A DNA stretch of 63,998 bases, counting the filler, from Dugesia japonica (Eukaryota): assembly GCA_001938525.1 (NCBI GenBank). It is 6 parts of 6 records of this genome, joined end to end, with 100 filler letters (N's around TTAATTAATTAA, not from the genome) between each part and the next. Parts side by side here need not be neighbours in the genome. Positions count along the whole stretch, not along the records: positions 1 to 11,371 come from MQRL01460621.1; positions 11,472 to 22,377 come from MQRL01573122.1; 4 more parts are not named here. One strand, given 5' to 3'. A program made the position numbers and the translations under genes. Under the pieces are notes generated by a model, which did not search any database, was not told the DNA's origin, and was given only the letters and a program-made list of their open reading frames with translations. This document shows, one piece after another, positions 1 through 12,440 of the stretch (within the stretch, counting starts at the first letter, position 1; every line of letters begins with the position of its first letter).

Positions 1-971
1 CAGTGAACGGTGCTCTTACTATAGACTTAGAGAAATAATTAGAAAATAAAATATTATGGATGTAGAAATTTTGCACACATTCAAAGTTCTTGGTCACAGG
101 GACAAAATAAAAACGGCAAAGCATACAAAGAGTTTTAGCAGACATTAAACATGATTAACCGTGTTAAAAATTTAGATGATTTACAAACATTAGGTGTTGG
201 TATAGTATTTACATATGGTTTACTTCCAAAATCGCGACAAACAAATATCAAATAATGGCAAGATTTCGGATTTAAATTGATGTTCAACCATCCTAAAAAT
301 CCTTAAGTTAGGTTTGATCAATTTTTATCACGAATTGCGAGAAACTTGAAAGTGTATAGAGCTTTTTTCAAAAGTAAATTTTCAATATATATATATATAT
401 AGGTATATATTATTTGCAAGTAAAGTCTGATAATTATGATACGCAATTAATTAGACTCCCGTAAGGATAAAGGTATTATCATTTTATGAGTAAATTAAAT
501 ATCGTAAAACTACCTGTACTGTTTTAAATAACGGTTTTCGGAGAAACTTGTGAAAAATATCAGATAAAACCATATATCTAAATGAAAACAGTGTATTCAA
601 GAAAATGTTTTTACTTTTATTAAAATTTATTAATTATAAAATAAATGAATAATTAAAATCTGATTAATGATAAATTTGAAATTTTCATGTAAACTATAAA
701 CTTATTTTCGAAGCAAGTATTAAATGAGTTACTTTTACTAAGGTTAATTATGCAAATTAATAAAAGCTTTGAACTTAAAAAAGAAAATAAGATGAATTTT
801 GAAATCTTGTTTTAAAAATAGAAATTTGAATTTCAGTTATAAAATAAATCATGCAACGTTTGTTTTAAATTTCTCTAATTTATTGAATTTTTTGATTTAA
901 TTCATTAATAATAATAAATTTTATAATATATTATTAGCGAAAATCATTTAACATAATTTTAATATATTGAA

Positions 972-1337
972 ATGAATAATTGGTCGGATGAATATTTAGT
1001 TAACACAAAAGTACAGGATCTTAAACGTTTATTAAGAGAAGAAAAAATCACCCAAGACGAATATGAAGATATTAGAGTGCAAAGAAGGAGGCTGTTGAAC
1101 AGAAATTATGCTAAAAGATGCACAAGCAAAAAAGCAGCTGAAGTGGAAGATATACAAGAAAAAATTAATAAAACAAAAGAAGAATTAAAAATGATGCATC
1201 GCAAAATTATAGATGTTGATAATCAAACTTATAAAATTAATCAATGNNNNNNNNNNNNNNNNNNNNNNNNNNNNNNNNNNNNNNNNNCTCTTTATTACAG
1301 GGATGGTCATCGAGGAGAAGCAATCGTTAAAGAATGA
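972..1337 (+). CDS. Intronless small-Maf-type bZIP protein (3' part crosses an N gap)
   Basis: WSDEYLVNTKVQDLKRLL...DEYEDIRVQRRRLLNRNYAKRC matches the Maf extended homology region plus basic region (SDE-LV---V-EL---L...RR-LKNR-YA--C). A heptad zipper follows. Confidence 0.8.
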   Translation: MNNWSDEYLVNTKVQDLKRLLREEKITQDEYEDIRVQRRRLLNRNYAKRCTSKKAAEVEDIQEKINKTKEELKMMHRKIIDVDNQTYKINQXXXXXXXXXXXXXXXLYYRDGHRGEAIVKE

Positions 1338-2069
1338 AATCTTTAATTCCTGATAATTTTAAATGTTTCAAGTTTTGTGTATTTCTTTATTTTTGTCAAT
1401 TCTTTTTTTCATTAAAATGTTTTTTAAAAATTAGTTAGGAATTATTTATTAAAGTGCAATTGAAGTATATTTTTTAAAACAATCTTGAAATGTCACTTCC
1501 GCAATCCGTGTTTAATTGTACTGTAATTTTTAATTTTAAAATTTATTTTAATTGACTTTAACAATTAGATTAAATTATACCTCGTAAATCAAAGTAAAAA
1601 TTTAATGAATAAAAGTGAATTGAAATATATGTTTTCAATGTTTGTCTAATGTGTAATTAAATGTGCTTTAATGATGGTAAAATGTGAAAATTCTTCGGAT
1701 TCTAGTGTTTAGCTATAAATTTCAAGATGTGAATTAAAATTTGCATTTAATGACAGTTGCAATAGTCAAAGAACATTTCAATCTTTGGTGAAATATCGAA
1801 GAAAACTATTATGTAACTTATAGTAATTATCTGAAGTTCCATTTACATTTCTTTTCAATGTGTTAATATCGTAACTGCTAAATTGTTTTTTATTATATCT
1901 GTATATAAATTTTCTTTGCGCCAGAATATTTTTACGAATTTTGATTATGCTTTTACTTCGTTGATGATTATCGCAAGATGCTCTGGTTGTCGAATGAAAG
2001 ATAGTCGTACATTTCAATATTTTTTGCAACACCGTTGTTCTATGCATGAGACAGATCCTGATGCCACAT

Positions 2070-2410
2070 CCAGATTTTTTTAATTTAGTTTGGTAATTTC
2101 CTCATCTATCTTTTTATCCATTTTCGTAATTATATTTGCCTTCCATTTATTTAACTTCACTATTATTTGATTTATTAACTTTTACTCCATCACACAATCC
2201 ACTTCTATTTCCTTCGTTCATCATTGTCGATACAATTATTCTGCATGCTATGTTCCGTAGTTCTCTTTATGTTTGTTGTTTATTTTCTTTACCACCTCAT
2301 ACTCATCTTAATTTATTTAAGCGCGCGATTTTTTTTATTTTGATTCAGCTTCTGTACTCTTCACTATTCTTTTATCATTATGATAACCATCTACATTTAC
2401 ATCTATGTAC
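2070..2410 (-). pseudogene. Probable second, frameshifted Maf-like bZIP copy, convergent with the first
   Basis: Manual minus-strand translation across frameshifts: YHNDKRIVKSTEAE / IKKIARLNKL / DEYEVVKKINNKHKENYG / ACR, then a coiled-coil. This is collinear with the 972 ORF (SDEYLV..LKRL..DEYE..RNYA..C). Confidence 0.4.
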
Positions 2411-2439
2411 CATTTTATAATATTTAATCGCAATGATTT

Positions 2440-2620
2440 TATAAAAATTTAAAATTCATTATCTCGATAAAAATTTATTAACTCAATTATTATTACTCAA
2501 AATTTTACGAAATCTTTTACTGCAAACTTTTACCCAAACAACTATTACTAAAATATTTATCAAAATTAGTTACTCCAATTTTTTTTACTAGTTTATTTAC
2601 CAAAATTCTATTAAAAATAC
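2440..2620. repeat. Degenerate ~12-14 bp tandem array built on TTAC-NN-AA
   Basis: Successive ttactcaa, ttacgaaa, ttacccaa, ttactaaa, ttactcca, ttaccaaa units. The same style of array recurs at 21390-21570. Confidence 0.6.
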
Positions 2621-2740
2621 TAGTTGGAACATTATAATAATAAAAACAAAATTATTAAATATAATGCAAAAATTAAAATTCTTCAGTTAATTCGTAAAAA
2701 ATTTTTAAAGTATTCTCCAATTAAAATCAAATCATTAAAT

Positions 2741-4696
2741 GAGTAAAGATTCAAATAAAGCAAAAAGAAACTTTTCACAAAAATAAACTAATGTAAGAAG
2801 GAACTTTTGTTCTGACGTAATTGAAATTACTTCAAGAAAAGGAACCTTCGAAAATATTTGTTTTTTTATTATATATCCCAACGTTTAAATTGCTAAATTT
2901 TAAGTAACTTTTGAATTTCGTTAAATTTATTATACTTAAGGTTTTTTACTGTTAAGGAAGCTGCATATATAGTAAGTACTTTGTAATTCAATTTTAAACA
3001 CTTTAATCAAGTATATTCGAAAATAGCGTTTGTTAGGTCCACTTTGAGTAAAAGAAAACAAAAACTAACAATTGAGGACAAATGTAAGATCTTGACTGCA
3101 TTGAACGATGGTACAAAAACCAATATTATTTGCACACAATACGGTGTAAACAAAAGTACAATTTCAAAGATCAAGAATAATAAAGAAAGCATTCAAGAAT
3201 TCGCAAAAAACTCAATACAGTCTACAAACAGAATTAAGAGAATTTCTACAGTTAAAGTTCCGGATATTGAAAACGCCATTTATCGGTGGTTTTTAAATGA
3301 GAGACTCAAGCATAACATAATCAACGATGATATGCTTAGTATCAAAGCGTTAGAATTCCGTTGGGATTTGAACTCTGATATTTCGTTTTCAGCCAGCCAC
3401 GGTTGAATTCAAAAATTTAGAAAACGGCATGCGATTCGGATCCTCAAAATAAGCGGAGAAAAATTATCCACCAATGATTCTGCTTTACCTGCATTTATTG
3501 AACGTTTTAAGACTAATATTCGACAATTAGGACTACGACCTGAGGAAATATACAATGCAGATAAAACAGGATTAATTCTCAAAAGTTTAAGTTCAAAAAC
3601 TTTAGTGACAAATCAAGAAAGAAATGCCCAGGTAAAAAAATCAGCAAAGAATGGGTAACCATAATGGGGTGTGCCAATGCAACTGGGCATCATAAACTAC
3701 CGATAATGATTATTGGGCGTTCTAAAAGTCCACGCTGTTTCAAAATTGCGACTTTACCTAACATGCACTACCGTTCATCATAAAATGCGTTGCAAACAAG
3801 AGCACTTTTTAAAGAATGGTTCCATGACGAATTTGTACCAGAAGTACAAAAAAATTTGATGCAGAAAAACTTGCCTCTGAAGGTAGTTCTGCTGTTGGAT
3901 AATGCCAGCTCCCATTTATGTGGAGAAGAATTGAAATCGAGTGATGGAAACATAACGGTGTTATATTTTCCTCCAAACACAACAGCGTTATTGCAACCAC
4001 TCGATCAAAATACTATCCGATCACTAAAAACATTGTACCGCAAATAACTCTTACTCAACAACGAAAATTTAGAAGAAACATTAAAGAATGTTACACTAAA
4101 AGAAGTTGTTTATATGGTGGTGCAGGCATGGAATGAAGTTAGTATTCAAACTGTCAATTCTAGTTTTAAGCATTAATTCTTCTCAGTTGATGAACTCATT
4201 TTTAATTTGCCACCGAATCCCTCTTTAGAAGAAGATGAAGTTCCATTGATAGAACTCTACCACCATGTAGTTCCAGGAAATAATATGAATGACGAGCAGA
4301 TATTGGATTAGGCAAGAGGAAGTAATGTAATGTAATGAGGGCGAAATAACTGAAAATATTAACATCGATGAAGTGGACAATAATGATGACTTTACAAACC
4401 CTGATGTTGATGAAGCACTCAGGGGCGCAAATGTTACTCTTAAATGGGCCGAATCTAAACTATCTATTTCTGATATATTGATTCTTCGGAATATGAAAAG
4501 TTTGTTTTTGTTATACATCCTTTTTTACTTGCTTGGTGACAAATATATAATTATAATACTATTAGATCTACGTAGTAATTTTTTTTGATAAAATACATGA
4601 AATTGTACACCAAATTCACAAGAAGAAACTTTTTACAGAAAAAGAAACTTTTTCATATTTTGTTTCAAAGTAGGTTCTTTTTTTGAATTTTTACTG
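2741..4696 (+). mobile_element. Decayed pogo/Tigger (CENP-B/jerky-like) DNA transposon
   Basis: ORF 3044: KRKQKLTIEDKCKIL..GVNKSTISKI (CENP-B N-terminal HTH), IENAIYRWF, FSASHG*. DDE_1 motifs follow: IYNADKTG, VVLLLDNASSH, FPPNTTALLQPLDQ, with stops and frameshifts. The right end ...ACTG|TA is at 4696. The left end at 2741 is a loose AT-rich match only. Confidence 0.9.
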
Positions 4697-5134
4697 TATA
4701 CCAAATTGAAATATTAATATCCGATGATCGTGCTCCATTGAACAAAATTCGAAAATAGCAGAATTAATTTTTCTAAATTTATTAAAATCGCATCAGTAGA
4801 AATTATCTGAAAAAATTTTCATTCGATTCTCACGCAATTAACAATATTCTCTCCTCATCGCTTTCACATTTTTCCATTTAATAATTTATTGTACACTCAC
4901 TTCAAAACATTTTACTTTCACATTATCTGACGTTTGTCGTCATTCCAAATTTTAACTTATAGTTTCTTACACTTCATAATTTTCTTTAATTTTAAACACT
5001 GGAAATACTTTCGAATTTCCATAATTTCTCATTGGTTGAAGCCATTTAAACAATTAACACTTTTTTATCTTCACATGATTCGTGATTCAAACAAAATTAA
5101 ACCCGATCTTCACTTTCCACCGAACTGATACTAT

Positions 5135-5419
5135 CAAGTTTTGCATTCTATTAACTGTTAAATAATGAACTTTATGGTAAAACGGTGAAGAATTTAAAGA
5201 AAACATGGAACTCTGGTTATATAACAATGAAAAAAATTTGTAACTTACACTAGCAACGTTACATATAAGAAAACAATGGACATCACAGAAGGACTCAGGG
5301 CTGGATTATTAAACAAAAATATTATATGTTTCGATAGACCGAATTATATTGGCCAGGTGATTTTGTATTTGAGTAAATTGCTAATGTAACCGCTCCAATA
5401 CGTAGAGTTAGAAAAATAT
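5135..5419 (+). pseudogene. Protein-primed family-B DNA polymerase (Polinton pPolB) fragment
   Basis: FY*LLNNELYGKTVKNLKK (motif B) and FDRPNYIGQVILYLSKLLM. It is cut off by the LTR starting at 5420. Confidence 0.75.
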
Positions 5420-8400
5420 CGTTATGCAATATGACTAAGAGTAATATAATATTTTCATATTGACCTTTGTATAAGTATATTGACATATGTATGCGTTAAT
5501 AGGTGAATGAGTAATTGACTGTTTGAATGTGTGTATGGTTTTAGAAACTCAGACATTATTGCATAACTTATTCCTCAAAATCTATTTATATTTTACGATG
5601 TCATTTGGTTGTTAGAATATATATTTTATGCTTAATTCGTTTTCAAAGTTTAACATGGAAACCACGCCCATCCTGGAATCGTGAATTCCAACACCCAAGA
5701 TTTTCGATATGGGAGGAAATATTGAAGAAGCAAACATAGTTTTTGAAATTTCCATGACTTAGAATCAGTTAAAGAAAATAATTATAAAAGCTTTTATGAC
5801 AACAGACAAAGTCAAATTATATGAAGGAGTCGATTCAAAGATTAGAGATTTCGAAACAAGATGTAGAGGCATTTTCGGAGCCTACATATCTTGAAAAAGA
5901 TCTAATTAATGCCTTGAAATATCGTAGACTAAATGAATCCTCCATTTTATTTTTTTCAGAAGTTAAAAAGTTAGCAGATAATATTCTGCGTCACCAGTTA
6001 ACAAAGGAAAAACTCGTCAAATTCCTTTTACAAAATTCAATGGATGATAAAGAAGTTAGAAAGGAAATTAAAATGTGAAATATAGAAGATGGTTAAAAAA
6101 ATGAAAGAAGTTATAATTAAAATTGTAAGTTTGAAAAAAGAAATGGAACAAGAATATGGAATATCAGTGTTGAAGAAAAACATTACATATGTAACAGTAT
6201 AACGTGAAATTCCATATTCAAATAATAGATTTAATAAACCAAGATTCAATGGAAATTTAAATCAAATTAAAAATTATGAGCAGAAATATGATTCCAAGAT
6301 ATATCAAAGAAATACCAGGAAATTTATGAGAGGAAATTATGAACGCAATTTTCAGACTTTCAGAGTGATGAAATGTTGGGCATGCATGGAAAAAGGTCAC
6401 ATACACTCACAATGTCCTAACGTTAAATGTTCGCATTGTAAGAATTCAGGATATATCTGATTTCAATGCCATGAAATTGATCCTTTTTAGATTATTGAAT
6501 AATATAACGCAGAGACCAATACCAAATATAGAAGAAATGCTTGACATTTTGAATGGATCAAAATATTTTACAACGATAGATTTGGATAATGCATATTACC
6601 AGGTAGAATTAGAAGAAAGTTCAAAATACAAAACGGCATTTTCTACAAAGTTTGGTGAATTTCACTTCAACCGAATGCCATTTGGAATAAATGCAACACC
6701 ATCAACATTTCAAAAACAATTGACAAAAATATTAGGACCCTTAAATTGGAAGGAAGCAATTGTTTATCTTGATGATATACTGATATTTTCTAATACTGAG
6801 AAAGAGCATACAGAAAGATTAGAAAATGTTTTTAATGAAATCAAAAATTTGCGTTGGAAATTAAGTTCTGATAAATGTGTAAAGATTAAATTTCTGGGCC
6901 ATATCATTTCCAAAGATGGTTTATAAACAGAACCTGAAAGGATAAAAGTAATTAAAGAATTTGAACAACCGAAGTGTTGGAAAAAACTTCGTGGATTTAT
7001 AGGGCTTACAAACTATTACAGAAAATTTATTAAAGATTATTCAAAACACTCGAGGATATTAGAAAATTTATGTGGAAACAATAAATATAAATTAAGTTGG
7101 TCAGATCAATGTATGGAAAGTTTTGAAGCTTTAAAACGAGAATTAATGAATGCTCTTATACTTATTTATCCAGATTTATCCAAAGAATTCATACTAGATA
7201 CAGAGGCTAGCTTTAACATAACTGATGAAGTATTATCACAGTTAGATGAACAAGGTAATGAAAGGGTTATAGCTTATGGATTAAAAGCAATGAGTAAGCA
7301 TGAATCAGGTTATTGTATAGCCAGACAAAACCGTCTAGTAATATATTATTTTACGGAACATTAGAAACACTATTTTTACGGGAAAAGATTTAAACTTTGA
7401 ACTAATCACAAAGCCATAACTTTCATGATTAAAATAAATAAACCGATTATTCCGCAATTCCAGACATGGATCTATTATTTAAGTTGCTTGGAGATAATTA
7501 TGTAATACAGAAAAGAAGAATTTGTTTTAAATGCTGACGCAATGTCGAGGAATAATTTCGAAACATGTATTCAATGTTAATTGAATCATGAGAATGTGAA
7601 AAATGGAAAAATGAAAACAAAAGTCTTAGCAATTGAGCTTAAAACAAATGGTAACTAATGGCAAGAAAACTCTGAAGAAATTAATATAATAAAAGGTAAC
7701 TTAAAAAATGATGAAATGAAATCAAAATTTAAGTTTTCAAATGGTATCATAATGACAAATAATAATAAAATTTGGATTCCTTTAGAATGCAGAAAATTAT
7801 TTGTAAAAAATGAACACGAATATCGTATAGAATTTCGAAAAATGGCAGCTCATATAAGAGAAAATTATGATATGGAAGGTTTAGAATAAATTGTAAAAGC
7901 GTTTACTCAAAGTTGTAAAAATTGTCAATTAAGAAAAACACAGACATTTCAATCTATAGAAAATATTATTAGTATTCCAGCTGATGACATCTATGAAATC
8001 ATTCATATTGATTTTTGTGGTCCTTTAAAGAAAGTTTTATATGGAAAATAATACACTTTAGCTAAGATTGATAAATTCAGTACTCAATGCAGTTTCACAT
8101 CAAGATGAAAAATCCACTGTTAAAATATTAAAAAATAATTGGATTTTTTAATATGGTGCACCGAGAATAATACATACAGATTGTGGAAAATCATTTGAAC
8201 CAAATATATTCTAACAATTTGCTAAGGAATTTAATTGTGAAATCTAATACTCTAGTCCATATCATCATAGCAGTTAGGGAATAATTGAAAGACAATTTCG
8301 AACTATAAGAGATACAATTCATATTAGCTTACAAGATAAGAAAATGTAGGACTGGGCAAAAATTTTACCAGAAATAGAATTTATGTTGAACACCACAATT

Positions 8401-8579
8401 CAGAGAACGACGAATGTATTTCCAGCTGAAATAGTTTTTGGAAAAAATTTACGCAAAGAATGGATTATTAGGAATGATAAAAAAAATTCAAATGAAAAAA
8501 ATCTAAAGCGTAAAAGAATTACAAACAATTTAAATAACTATGAAAATTCCAAAAATTTAGAAAAGGATAATACAATTAA
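5420..8579 (+). mobile_element. Decayed Ty3/Gypsy LTR retrotransposon (5' LTR, gag, RT, RNase H, integrase; protease and 3' LTR missing)
   Basis: LTR 5420-5655 (CGTTA...TAACA) followed by a TGG PBS. Gag has two zinc knuckles (CWACMEKGHIHSQC, CSHCKNSGYI*FQC). RT: FTTIDLDNAYYQ, RMPFG, VYLDDILIFS. RNase H: FILDTEAS. Integrase: IHIDFCGP, IHTDCGKSF, IERQFRT. Confidence 0.93.
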
Positions 8580-8650
8580 AGTAGGAGGATATGTACGCAC
8601 TACATCACATGCTTTTAGTGCCCCCTCACACACCCTTAACCCCCTTTTTT
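8580..8650 (+). mobile_element. Putative Polinton left terminus (AGTAGG...) abutting the Gypsy integrase
   Basis: AGTAGGAGGATATGTACGCACTACATCAC matches 20/29 ungapped with the AGTAGG segment at 22276. A C-rich tract and subterminal tandem repeats follow. Confidence 0.5.
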
Positions 8651-8679
8651 GATAGTTCCGCACTGCTTCACATGGTTTT

Positions 8680-9170
8680 ATTTGTTTTAATTGATGAATT
8701 TTATTTTGTTTAAATGAGATGAAATTAGTTATTTTTTATCTAAATTAATTATTTTTGTTTAAATTGCCTGAAAATATTGATTTTTTGTTTAAATTAACGA
8801 AATTAGTAATTCTTTGTTAAAATTATTCGAAATTAAATGATTATTTGTTTAAATTTAATGAAATTTATCGAATATGATATTTCCCCGACAATATTAACAT
8901 AAACTTTCTCCCGGGCAATATTAACATTAATATTCAATGCTCCCCGGACAATATTTACATTAGTTGCTCAGGTTTCATACTAATGAATGTTTCAGTGTTC
9001 ATACTATAAGATGTTTGTTGGAAACATTAGTTGTTACAGGGTACAAACTATGAGATGTCTATGGGTACGCACTCTTGTCTGTAACCGACATTAGATGATC
9101 CCTGAACCAAACTATTCAATGCTACTGACATTAGATGTTCACAGTTCCATTAATATTAGCTGCTCACCAA
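8680..9170. repeat. Two degenerate tandem repeat blocks (~30-bp TTTGTTTAAATT..GAAATT units, then CCCCGGACAATATTAACAT / ACATTAGATG units)
   Basis: Units are directly visible at 8690-8870 and 8880-9170. Their position just inside the putative terminus is typical of Polinton TIR repeats. Confidence 0.6.
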
Positions 9171-9217
9171 AAGAAACGAATACTATCCCAAGAAAATTAC
9201 TCTTAATATTTATATGT

Positions 9218-9406
9218 TTAAGTAAAATTATTATGTCTTAGTATAATTAATGAAACCAGTATATTATTTGCATTATAAGTAAAATTATTATCAAAAATAT
9301 CATTAAAAATTATTTCATACATTATTTCAGTAACAGTTTTCATTGAATTCCATACCATACCATTACCTCCTCCAACATGTACAGTCCGACAGAGCGAATC
9401 CATCAA
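9218..9406 (-). pseudogene. Tc1-like transposase fragment
   Basis: RTVHVGGGNGMVWNSM resembles the Tc1 TVKHGGGSVMVWG motif. Confidence 0.45.
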
Positions 9407-9849
9407 GTTCCGTTAGCATCCAACCGAATCCGTTCATAATTGAACTTATCGATCAGCTTGTATAGTTTTAACTAGACTAAGCTCGATTACAGTATGTGTA
9501 TCTCTAGGAGCAATGCTTCCAACCGTTCACATTCGGTCTCAAATATACATTGCTACAACTGTATAACCTTTATTAGATACAAACCGTTAGTCGTCGACGC
9601 CAAGCATTACGAAAATTATTACAAATTAAGAAAATCATTACCGTTTAATTTAAATAATATAAATCCTTACTTATTTTTATAATTTATCAAATTTTATAAT
9701 AACATTGATAACAATAAATTTCCATATTATATATATCACAAATCATAATAGGTTTTCCTAAATAACCTAATCTGAAATTAATAATATAGCAAATTAAATA
9801 AAACTATACAGATTATAAGTTTAATTTTTTTTACTTAAACTAAGAAATT

Positions 9850-10620
9850 TTATGTGACAAACTAGAAATGATGTGTTAGTGTAGAAGTTTTATGAGTTGT
9901 CAAAGAATTTTGTGAGATAAAATGTAATTTTAATGCCTGAATTATAATTTTAAAATCTTGATTTAAAACGTTCAATGTGATGGGTTATTAATTTATTTAG
10001 TTGGTTAGCATTTTTGTGTTGATTTAAACATTTTATTGAGTTCTTTCTAATTTTTGAAGTGTTTCTTGACTTCCATCTAATTTATGATAATTTTAATGAC
10101 TTCTATCTAATTTTAGGGTTATAATTTTATGTGATGAAATGTAATTTGCTTGTGTTTGCCTAAAGTTTTTACATGTTGAGTGTTATTTTTTGTTTGATGA
10201 ATTGTAATTTATATATGATGGAATGAAATTTTAGTGTGATGAATGATAATTTTAATGACTTCTATGTAACTTTTGAAGACTTCAATTGACTTCTACTAAA
10301 TCTTTGAAAGTTTTTATTGATTTCTATGAAATGTTTTGAGAATTTGAAAGTTATCGATTACTTCCATGTATTTTATGATACATTTTTATGACTTATATGA
10401 TATCTTTATTTGTTCATTTTTAACTTTGATGAGTTGAGTAAATATTTTGTGTGATGGAATATATCTTTTATTGTTGATTTGAGATATTTTCATTAGTTAA
10501 ATTAGAAATTGTGTGTGATTGAATGCAATTTTAATGTGATGAATTATAGTTTTTTATGTATTGGCTTAGATATTTATATAATTGAATATAAATTAACCTA
10601 AATATTTTGTGTAATTCTTA
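9850..10620. repeat. Degenerate AT-rich repeat tract (TGTGATGAA..AATTTTAATGACTTCTAT units)
   Basis: Recurrent tgtgatg and gacttctat motifs; no ORF. Confidence 0.45.
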
Positions 10621-11371
10621 GACATCGTAAAAATTGTAAACGATCAATTATTTATCCTCCATATCGAGATTATACACCAGGATAACATTTTTATTTTTCA
10701 AATACTCATTCGGTTTCCATGATCTCAATTTCACTTTAAACTCTGGAATTATCTCTTCCAGTACAAGTTTGATATCATCTAAAAAAAATAACTATTAATT
10801 AAAATATTAATAATCAAAATGTATTACCAAAAAAAACATTCATGCTTTTTCATTCATACATTTTTATTTTCTAGTAATATTTCATCTTTGATTATAATTG
10901 GATCCTTTTGTGAAATATTGTTTCTTAAAAATGAATTTGAAAAATAATCACTGCATGCAAACAATGAATTTAAATAAATTTTATTTATAATTCCAATATA
11001 TGTCACAAATAATTTAAAATTTAGAACTTAATTAATAATAAGTTTGTTTAACTGCATCATTTTAAAACACGCATCAATTCCATATATACATTATCTATTT
11101 ACTATTAATATACTTTAATTTCATGAAAATATACATATATTTCATTAAAACATATAAATACATACAGATTTCATTAATACATATATAAAATTCAATAAAT
11201 ATACATTTAGTTCATAAATTAATTTCATTAAATCATTGAAATGCAATAATACATACTTTAAGGAAACTAATAAATTATTTATTAAATTTACATATTTTTT
11301 TATAAGAACCTTGCATGTATTTTCTATTGAATTTGATATAGTACTTGTAAAATATTATTAGCATTTCATCG

Positions 11372-11471
11372 NNNNNNNNNNNNNNNNNNNNNNNNNNNNN
11401 NNNNNNNNNNNNNNNTTAATTAATTAANNNNNNNNNNNNNNNNNNNNNNNNNNNNNNNNNNNNNNNNNNNN
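11372..11471. other. Assembly spacer N44-TTAATTAATTAA-N44 (cores also at 22422, 31878, 46435, 55703)
   Basis: An identical 12-mer with stops in all six frames is embedded in N runs five times. Confidence 0.97.
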
Positions 11472-11616
11472 AGTACTATTACCTAATGATGCAATTTATT
11501 ATGCAATTTTTAAATTCCCAACTAAATACATTAGGATTAAATTTCTTTACGTCACGGCGGGGGGTTGGGTGGTTACTGAATGTCTGCGTGGTGCTGACTG
11601 TTACTATCTATCTACT
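11472..11616 (-). mobile_element. Putative Polinton right terminus (...CTATCTATCTACT)
   Basis: Reverse complement reads AGTAGATAGATAGTAACAGTCAGCACCACG...CCCCCC. It abruptly truncates the ORF to its right. Confidence 0.55.
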
Positions 11617-12405
11617 AAAACAATATGAAAAATTATATAATTTTAAAATAAGGTTTTGGATATCACCCAATTTTCCTTTCGGATTAGATAATAAAGAAAA
11701 ATATTTTTATTAAGAAGCTTTAAGTAGCGATGGATTAACTATAGACGGTGAACCCGAATTAAGATTGAGAACTAAGATAAATGGAAATGCTACTTTTTAT
11801 GGGGAAATAAATGCTTTTATTTAAAAAAAGGTGATCAATTTATTTCTCAATTTGAATTTTAAAAAGACTTTGTTTTTATTATTCTTTTTAATAGAGAAAG
11901 TTATTCAGATTCAAAAGGTGCGTTTATTAAGGGAGTTGAATCAAATAAAAATATAATAGGGGAATATAAAGGTTAAACAAATTATGTACAATTGAAAAAA
12001 GAAGAATTATATATGGATCAAAAAGTTAAGTTAACTTTCTTTGATCATCTTAAATCTCTTCTTAATTTATTATATATTGAAAAGAAAGGAAATCAAATTA
12101 TTTTTAATCAACATAATCCAACTCTTATTTTATCAAAGCAAAACATTTTTATAAGAAAAGATTTTGAATTTGGTAAACTAGTTATATGAGATAAATGTAC
12201 GAGTGGATTTCTTTATGAGTGTTTATGTTATGAAACTAGTAGTGATAAATCATTTGATAAAAATATAATATTTCAAGAAATACTTTCAAGTTTTAATACA
12301 GAAATAAGAGTAACTAATGATGTTTATAATAATAAAAATGAAACAAGTGTCGAACATAGTTCTAATGCTTCGCCCGAAACAATTATAAAATCAAAATATT
12401 ATTAA
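11617..12405 (+). pseudogene. Polinton structural ORF remnant, possibly a fibre or lectin(LamG)-like head
   Basis: Near-continuous beta-rich reading with a few stops (FWISPNFPFG...FGKLVI*DKCTSGFLYECLCY). It sits immediately upstream of the membrane-protein ORF, as the fibre-like gene does in the 32-46 kb element. Confidence 0.4.
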
Positions 12406-12440
12406 AATATAAAATCTTAATTTTTTTTAATTTATTAAAA

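Noticed and set aside
1-306. Broken reading frame at the window start (YYGCRNFAHIQSSW...)
   Set aside because: Coding-like, but no family could be assigned.
8580-11616. 8580 and 11616 termini as two ends of one element
   Set aside because: The sequences are only loosely similar, the flanks (AATTAA versus AAAACA) do not form a TSD, and a spacer lies between them.
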